A DNA stretch of 57,198 nt from a virus (lineage: Duplodnaviria; Caudoviricetes), in the IMG/VR virus record IMGVR_UViG_3300005573_000108, positions 1 through 57,198 of that record. One strand, given 5' to 3'. Shown here one piece after another: positions 54,693 through 57,198 of this stretch. How positions within the stretch are numbered: the stretch's first letter is position 1; each line of letters starts with the position of its first letter. The notes beneath the pieces were generated by a model. That model saw only the letters and a program-made list of their open reading frames with translations. It did not search any database and had not been told where the DNA came from. The position numbers and the translations under genes were made by a program.

Positions 54693-55826
54693 ATGAGGCA
54701 GTATTCCAAAATCAGCCCGAACTTCTGGACCGGCAAAACAGGTAAGGAGATTCGCAAGTTAGGCCCGGAGGTCCAGGTGATAGCTCTGTATCTTTTGACG
54801 TGTCCGAATTCCAATATGTTGGGTTACTACTATTTGCCTTTACCAGTGCTTTGCCATGAAACTGGAAGCCCCTTCGAAGGGGCTTCGAAGGGCCTTCGAA
54901 GCCTAGAAAAAATCGGTTTTGCCTATTATGACCCGGAATCTGAGCATGTTTGGGTCAAAAAAATGGCGCTCCATCAAATCGGCCCCGATTTGCAGCCTAG
55001 CGATAATCGTATCAAAGGACTAGAGAAAGAGATTCGGTCTTTACGTAAGGGGGCGTATTTCAACGACTTTCTTGCTTTCTACAAAGACCGTTTTCACCTC
55101 AAAAACATAGAGCCCCTTGAAAGCCCCTCCGAAGCCCCTTCGGAGCCCCTCCCGAGCCCCTCGGGAGCCCCTCCGAAGCATAGAGATAGAGATAGAGATT
55201 TAAAAAATAAAAAACACAGTACTTTTGCTCCGAGCGCTTTCGAAAACAACCAAAACCGCTCGGAGCCGCCTGTCCATATTTTCGACATTCTTTCAGACCC
55301 AAATCTCCAACACCAAGAGAACCTCCAGGGCGAGGATGAAGCCAGTGACCCCACGCTCTTCCTCCCCGAGAAAGCAGAAGAGAAAAAGATTCCCCCCACC
55401 CGTAGAAAAAGAACCACCACCACCACCAGCACCACAGCAGCAGCCACGGCGAACGACTCGCAGATCGATGCCCCCCCTCCCGTAGTCCTTATCCCCCTCA
55501 CAGACAAATCCGAATTCGCAGTCTCACAGGCCATGGTGTCAGAGTGGAGCGAGGCGTTCCCAGCTGTTAACATCATCCTGGAACTCCGTAAAATGCGCCA
55601 ATGGTGCCTCGCTCATCCCCAGAGACGTAAAACCAAACGCGGCGTCAAAGCTTTCATCGTCTCATGGCTCTCAAGAACCCAGGACAAGGGAGGATCCCTC
55701 AACGGCAACGGCGGATCACTCGAAGACCCCTGGAGCGCCTGGAAGGAAAAACTCCAACTCCAACAACAACAACAGCAACGACTACAGCAGCAAATTGAGG
55801 AGCAAGAGGAGGAGGTGCCACTATGA
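54693..55826 (+). CDS. Phage replication initiator (lambda O-analogous)
   Basis: N-terminal wHTH-like MRQYSKISPNFW...LYLLTCPNSNMLG; C-terminal EW..AFPAVN...EL.KM..W....RRKT.RG...FI.SWL.R.QD; internal iterons. Confidence 0.85.
   Translation: MRQYSKISPNFWTGKTGKEIRKLGPEVQVIALYLLTCPNSNMLGYYYLPLPVLCHETGSPFEGASKGLRSLEKIGFAYYDPESEHVWVKKMALHQIGPDLQPSDNRIKGLEKEIRSLRKGAYFNDFLAFYKDRFHLKNIEPLESPSEAPSEPLPSPSGAPPKHRDRDRDLKNKKHSTFAPSAFENNQNRSEPPVHIFDILSDPNLQHQENLQGEDEASDPTLFLPEKAEEKKIPPTRRKRTTTTTSTTAAATANDSQIDAPPPVVLIPLTDKSEFAVSQAMVSEWSEAFPAVNIILELRKMRQWCLAHPQRRKTKRGVKAFIVSWLSRTQDKGGSLNGNGGSLEDPWSAWKEKLQLQQQQQQRLQQQIEEQEEEVPL
55111..55215 (+). repeat. Probable replication origin: six 11-bp iterons plus an AT-rich tract
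   Basis: agcccct-NNNN six times at 55111-55176, then (tagaga)x3 and tttaaaaaataaaaaa. Confidence 0.8.
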
Positions 55827-56260
55827 TCAACGATACCCTGTTCCAAAGCGAAATGAACAAGCTCATGGATCGCTTCGCCTGCAAACTAAAACCGGATCAG
55901 ATAAACCAATACTGGGAAAGCCTCCGTAACCTCGACCCCAAGGCCTTCCGCTCCGCTGTCTCCACCCTCCTCGCCGACGATAACGTCTCCCGCTTCCCAC
56001 TCCCTATCTCCATCGAACGCCTCGCCAATAAACTCACCTCCACTTCCTCCGAAGACCAATCACACTCAGAAGAATACATGAAAAACCGCATCGAAATGCT
56101 CGAACGCTACAGAAAAAAATACCAGGACCTCTACGACCAACAGTTCCTCCAATACGGCCAAGCCACCGGCCACGTAGAGTCCAAACTCAAATGGCTCTCA
56201 GATGAACTCTATAAACTCAAACCCTATAACTCTAATAATCCCAATCACTTGGATCACTAG
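55823..56260 (+). CDS. Putative helicase loader/inhibitor (G39P-like N-terminus)
   Basis: YWE.L..L....F..AV..L......RFP.P..I; ATGA-coupled to the initiator gene. Confidence 0.55.
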   Translation: MINDTLFQSEMNKLMDRFACKLKPDQINQYWESLRNLDPKAFRSAVSTLLADDNVSRFPLPISIERLANKLTSTSSEDQSHSEEYMKNRIEMLERYRKKYQDLYDQQFLQYGQATGHVESKLKWLSDELYKLKPYNSNNPNHLDH

Positions 56261-56427
56261 AACAAAAAAAGAGGCCTCTAAAACGCGCTAGAAGCTCCAA
56301 AAACCACAGGGGAGGCATAAATGTAGGGGGAAGAAAAAAACTCCTCGCCTGGAGCCAGAGAGAGGGCAAAATCGGGGGGATTCGCCAAAGAGCTGAACCC
56401 CGAAATCGAAAACCTATACCGACTTCC

Positions 56428-56472
56428 GAGAGGGGGATGGGACCCATACCCCTCCGGCTACCCCTCTTTTTT
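56428..56472 (+). terminator. Possible terminator of the replication operon
   Basis: gagggggatgg/ccatacccctc stem, with an alternative pairing to cccctct followed by a T-run. Confidence 0.4.
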
Positions 56473-56610
56473 CCCCGGGTTTTTGGGTCCCCTGAACGGT
56501 CTAGTTGCCGCGGAGGGGGTACGCCCGGGGGCGCGGGAGACGGGGAATGCGGGGGGGTGGGCGGGTGGTGGAGGCGTAGACGGCGGATCTGCGGCCCATC
56601 TCGGGCGAAA

Positions 56611-56638
56611 AGTTAACATAATGTATATTATCCGACTG
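56611..56638 (-). other. dif-like XerC/XerD recombination site
   Basis: The - strand reads CAGTCGGATAA-TATACA-TTATGTTAACT; the XerD arm is 10/11 identical to E. coli TTATGTTAAAT; 11-6-11 layout in non-coding DNA. Confidence 0.85.
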
Positions 56639-56939
56639 TGTAGGGATTCCCTACACTGCCACACTGTGGTGTGTAGGGAAACGCAACACAAGCCCGACTG
56701 AAACGCTCAAACTAACAACTATTAACACGCGCTAACCCCTCGAAGTTATTAATGTTTTCGCCCCTCCATCCCTCTTTCTTGTGACATTTTGTTGCTGCCG
56801 TATCATTTTATATACTTCGTCGCGCCCCGTCCGCCAACCAGATTACCGGAAAGCGCACGGAAATCGCTCAGTTCCGAGTTGTTATTAGTTGTTATTTTTT
56901 GTTGTGCCCCTCTTCTGTGGTGGTCTCCCCTGGTCCCCA

Positions 56940-57009
56940 GAAAAAAAAGAAAAAAAAATTCGTGACCATGCATTTTTTGCTTGACAAGGTGGGATGCATA
57001 TGGTATGTT
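56940..57009 (+). promoter_or_regulatory. Strong early sigma70 promoter
   Basis: A-tract UP element, TTGACA(56981)-17 nt-TATGTT(57004) with extended TGn; AAGGAGGTG RBS downstream. Confidence 0.8.
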
Positions 57010-57046
57010 ATTGACAAACATAAAACTTACTCAAAGGAGGTGTGCG

Positions 57047-57198
57047 ATGTACGAAATCACGATTAAAGTCAGGAAAAGCGACGGGGCGGACTACCCCGCA
57101 GAATGCGCACTCTGCGGGGCCCCCGCGGAGCTCGCGCACTATCGCATTCTGGCCCCCGAAGGGGGCCTCTCCGGGGCAGTGTGTGAGGACTGCCTCGG
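57047..57198 (+). CDS. First early gene, zinc-finger-like (runs off the window end)
   Basis: AAGGAGGTG RBS; MYEITIKVRK...CALC...CEDC, open to the end. Confidence 0.7.
   Translation, partial: MYEITIKVRKSDGADYPAECALCGAPAELAHYRILAPEGGLSGAVCEDCL

Larger units (their letters stand above)
1..57198. mobile_element. Tailed dsDNA bacteriophage genome (podovirus-like), near-complete, circularly permuted
   Basis: TerS, TerL, portal, scaffold, major capsid, tail adaptor/nozzle, lysis and replication modules are all present. No tape measure or sheath gene and no host housekeeping genes. The early + strand block appears split across the window ends. Confidence 0.95.

Noticed and set aside
54614-55176. 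Repeats as a mini-CRISPR array
   Set aside because: The units are 11 bp and contiguous with no unique spacers; they fit iterons.
56232-57021. Short ORFs in the terminal intergenic region
   Set aside because: Low-complexity translations overlapping the dif-like site, palindromes and promoter; most likely non-coding.

Overview
The window looks like an essentially complete, circularly permuted ~57 kb tailed dsDNA phage genome with podovirus (P22/BPP-1-like) architecture; the host cannot be determined from the sequence. The early + strand block (about 57047 to the end, continuing 1-9534) encodes a Ycf46-like AAA+ ATPase with DUF1257-, DUF2997- and DUF3150-like partners, three small paralogues around a DHH phosphoesterase, a Cas4/RecB-like nuclease and a putative annealing protein. 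The long late - strand block (53761 down to 9657) runs: regulator, VRR-NUC, lysis genes, TerS/TerL, portal, accessory structural genes and a papain-like protease, scaffold, major capsid, tail adaptor and nozzle, internal virion proteins, and a 4745-aa DarA/DarB-like polyvalent protein. Six sugar-biosynthesis or glycosyltransferase genes sit inside the head-tail operon. A + strand replication cassette with 11-bp iterons lies at 54614-56260. A dif-like XerC/D site is at 56611-56638, and no integrase, partition system or clear repressor is recognisable. The strongest leads are a virion-glycosylation pathway built on WbpB/WbpD-type diacetamido-uronic acid chemistry, a possible host-XerCD-dependent lifestyle, the four-gene AAA+ module, and the giant anti-defence protein. 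All family calls come from motif recognition by eye, not database searches.
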